This document shows, in pieces, positions 62,221 to 64,000 of a stretch of 64,000 bases of DNA. Both the position numbers and the translations under genes were made by a program. The notes beneath the pieces are model-generated. The model saw only the letters and a program-made list of their open reading frames with translations. It was not told the DNA's origin and ran no database searches. Location: assembly GCF_018350175.1 (NCBI RefSeq), contig NC_058372.1, forward strand, positions 97,342,001 through 97,406,000, given 5' to 3'. Position 1 is the first letter of the stretch. Every line of letters starts with the position of its first letter. The stretch is from Felis catus (lineage: Eukaryota).

Positions 62221-64000
62221 TATTATGTACTGAACTTTTATATATCATTGCTTAAACTTAAAAGTGGTAACATGTGATTATTTTAAATGAGATTGAAGCA
62301 GATATCTTAGAATGTATACATACTTCAGCATACATATTTGAATGTATACCTGCCTCAAAAAAAGGTACCCCACCTAGACTCCCACTCCCCCTCCTTTTTT
62401 TTTTTTTTTTTTTGGTACACCTAGCTAGTCTCCCACGCCCCTCCCTTTGTTTTGGTTCAGTATCTGTCTTGTACTCTTACTTGTCATTTACTTACAGAAT
62501 TGTATTCTTGGCAAACAAGATAGTACCATATTCAGTGTAGCTTTCCTGTATTTAAATCTAGTTATTTCTCTCATACAACTTTTAAGTTATCAGAAAGAAT
62601 TAAGCTTACAACTGTGTATATAAATATGATCCTAATTTCTCTGTCGTCATCTCTATACATGTATATAAAACTTGAAGGATATATGCTATAAGCAAACTTT
62701 TTTATGAGAAGCAGATGATAGACTTTTATTTCTGCTTTTACACTTTAATATTTGAATTTTTTACAATGAGCACGGATCACTTTTTTTAGCTTAAAAAGAT
62801 ATAGTTTTAAAGCCTTAAGTAAAAAAACAGATCTTAGTTATTCCTGGAAGTAGAAAGGCCTCAGCCATTTTTTCTTGTATTACTTACTTATTCTTACTTA
62901 TTAAAAATTTATAAAGCCAATCAGTCCAATATTGTCAAGAAAAACTTCAATAATATGTATCTTTTAACTTTCTATTTAATATAATCACTTAGATAAGACG
63001 TAAAACTTTGACTTATATGGTTTTACTCTTTTCCCAAATTTTCCATAATAAGCAATATTACTTTTACAGTAAAGAGTATTTAAGGTGGGCAAATCTTTAT
63101 TATTTCAATTTTTGCTTATGAGGTTGATATATTGTGGTTTTTAAGGCTTTTCTCCACAATGTTTATTGTTCTTTTGTGCCAATTTGGAAGGGAAAAGCCA
63201 CAGTAGTAGCTTTATAAAGTTATTTTGCGGGATGCCTATTTTTCTGATGGTATTATTTGCAGTTGCTAAAAATATACACAATAGCTCTTGAGGAAAATGC
63301 AAACCGCTAGAATATGGTTTTTTGAGTAGTACATTTTTCTTTGCAAAGTCAAGGCCTTTCACTCATGCACATGCTCCCATGGGTATGTTAACCTCCCTCT
63401 ACTTCCTCTCCAAATTTCCTAATTGCATTTTTAGATTGTATAATTGTATTTGTCCTTTGTATATGTAAATATACAAACTATTTTAAAATAAATTTCTTTT
63501 GGTAGCTGATTAATTTTATTCATTTCAAATGGATGGTGATAAGAGGTCACAGGTCTTATAAATATCCCTGGAAATTAGGAAATTAGATCTTGCCCTTTTG
63601 ACTAGATTCACTAACAGGGAAACTGCTTAGCTTTCACCCTCCTTCTGCAAAGTGTTTTGAAGAACTTAGCTTAAGTGAATAAAATCTGAAAATTTGAGGC
63701 TTATTTTTCTTTAAAAATATAAACGGAGTGTTAGTATTTGTCAGACAATTAAGAGCTAAAATCTAAGGGCTTTGGTTGTAGTTCTTTTGCTGCTGATTAG
63801 GTATTCCTCGGTGGTGATTAGTGAATGTACAAATGCAATCATTCGGTAGGGCTTAATCACTCATATGAGAGAGAAGTTAGTTACCCAGAAAGAGAAATTG
63901 AAGCTTGTGTAACTTCCATTAGTCCTTATTTTTTTAATAGAAAAAAAAAAAGAAGGAAAATTTTGGCTAAATTAGGAGTATTGGGTCATGGAAGATAAAT

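Overview
Mammalian nuclear DNA, AT-rich, almost certainly from a felid or other feliform carnivore (abundant cat-type CanSINE/SINEC_Fc elements and carnivore L1s). The whole window lies inside one + strand protein-coding gene, AFG1L (LACE1, mitochondrial AFG1/ZapE-family ATPase). Only two short internal exons are present: 4685-4784 and 30049-30107. They splice in frame to [53 protein letters not shown]. Everything else is intron: about 28 CanSINEs (22 antisense to the gene), several decayed L1s (a 6.3 kb 5'-intact, 3'-truncated copy; a 4.2 kb 5'-truncated copy; a 4.2 kb copy with most of ORF2 deleted; nested L1-in-L1 insertions), ERV LTRs, ancient L2/MIR, DNA-transposon relics (MER20, MER44, MER58A, MER5-like) and microsatellites. 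Two repeat-poor blocks (about 1.4-4.7 kb and 45.6-50.3 kb) are candidate regulatory regions. The supplied ORFs are repeat-derived or spurious. I found no CRISPR array, RNA gene or supportable new biological system. The findings are local rearrangements seen in the sequence plus labelled hypotheses. Repeat family names come from recalled consensus similarity, not a database search, and boundaries without a stated target-site duplication (TSD) are approximate.
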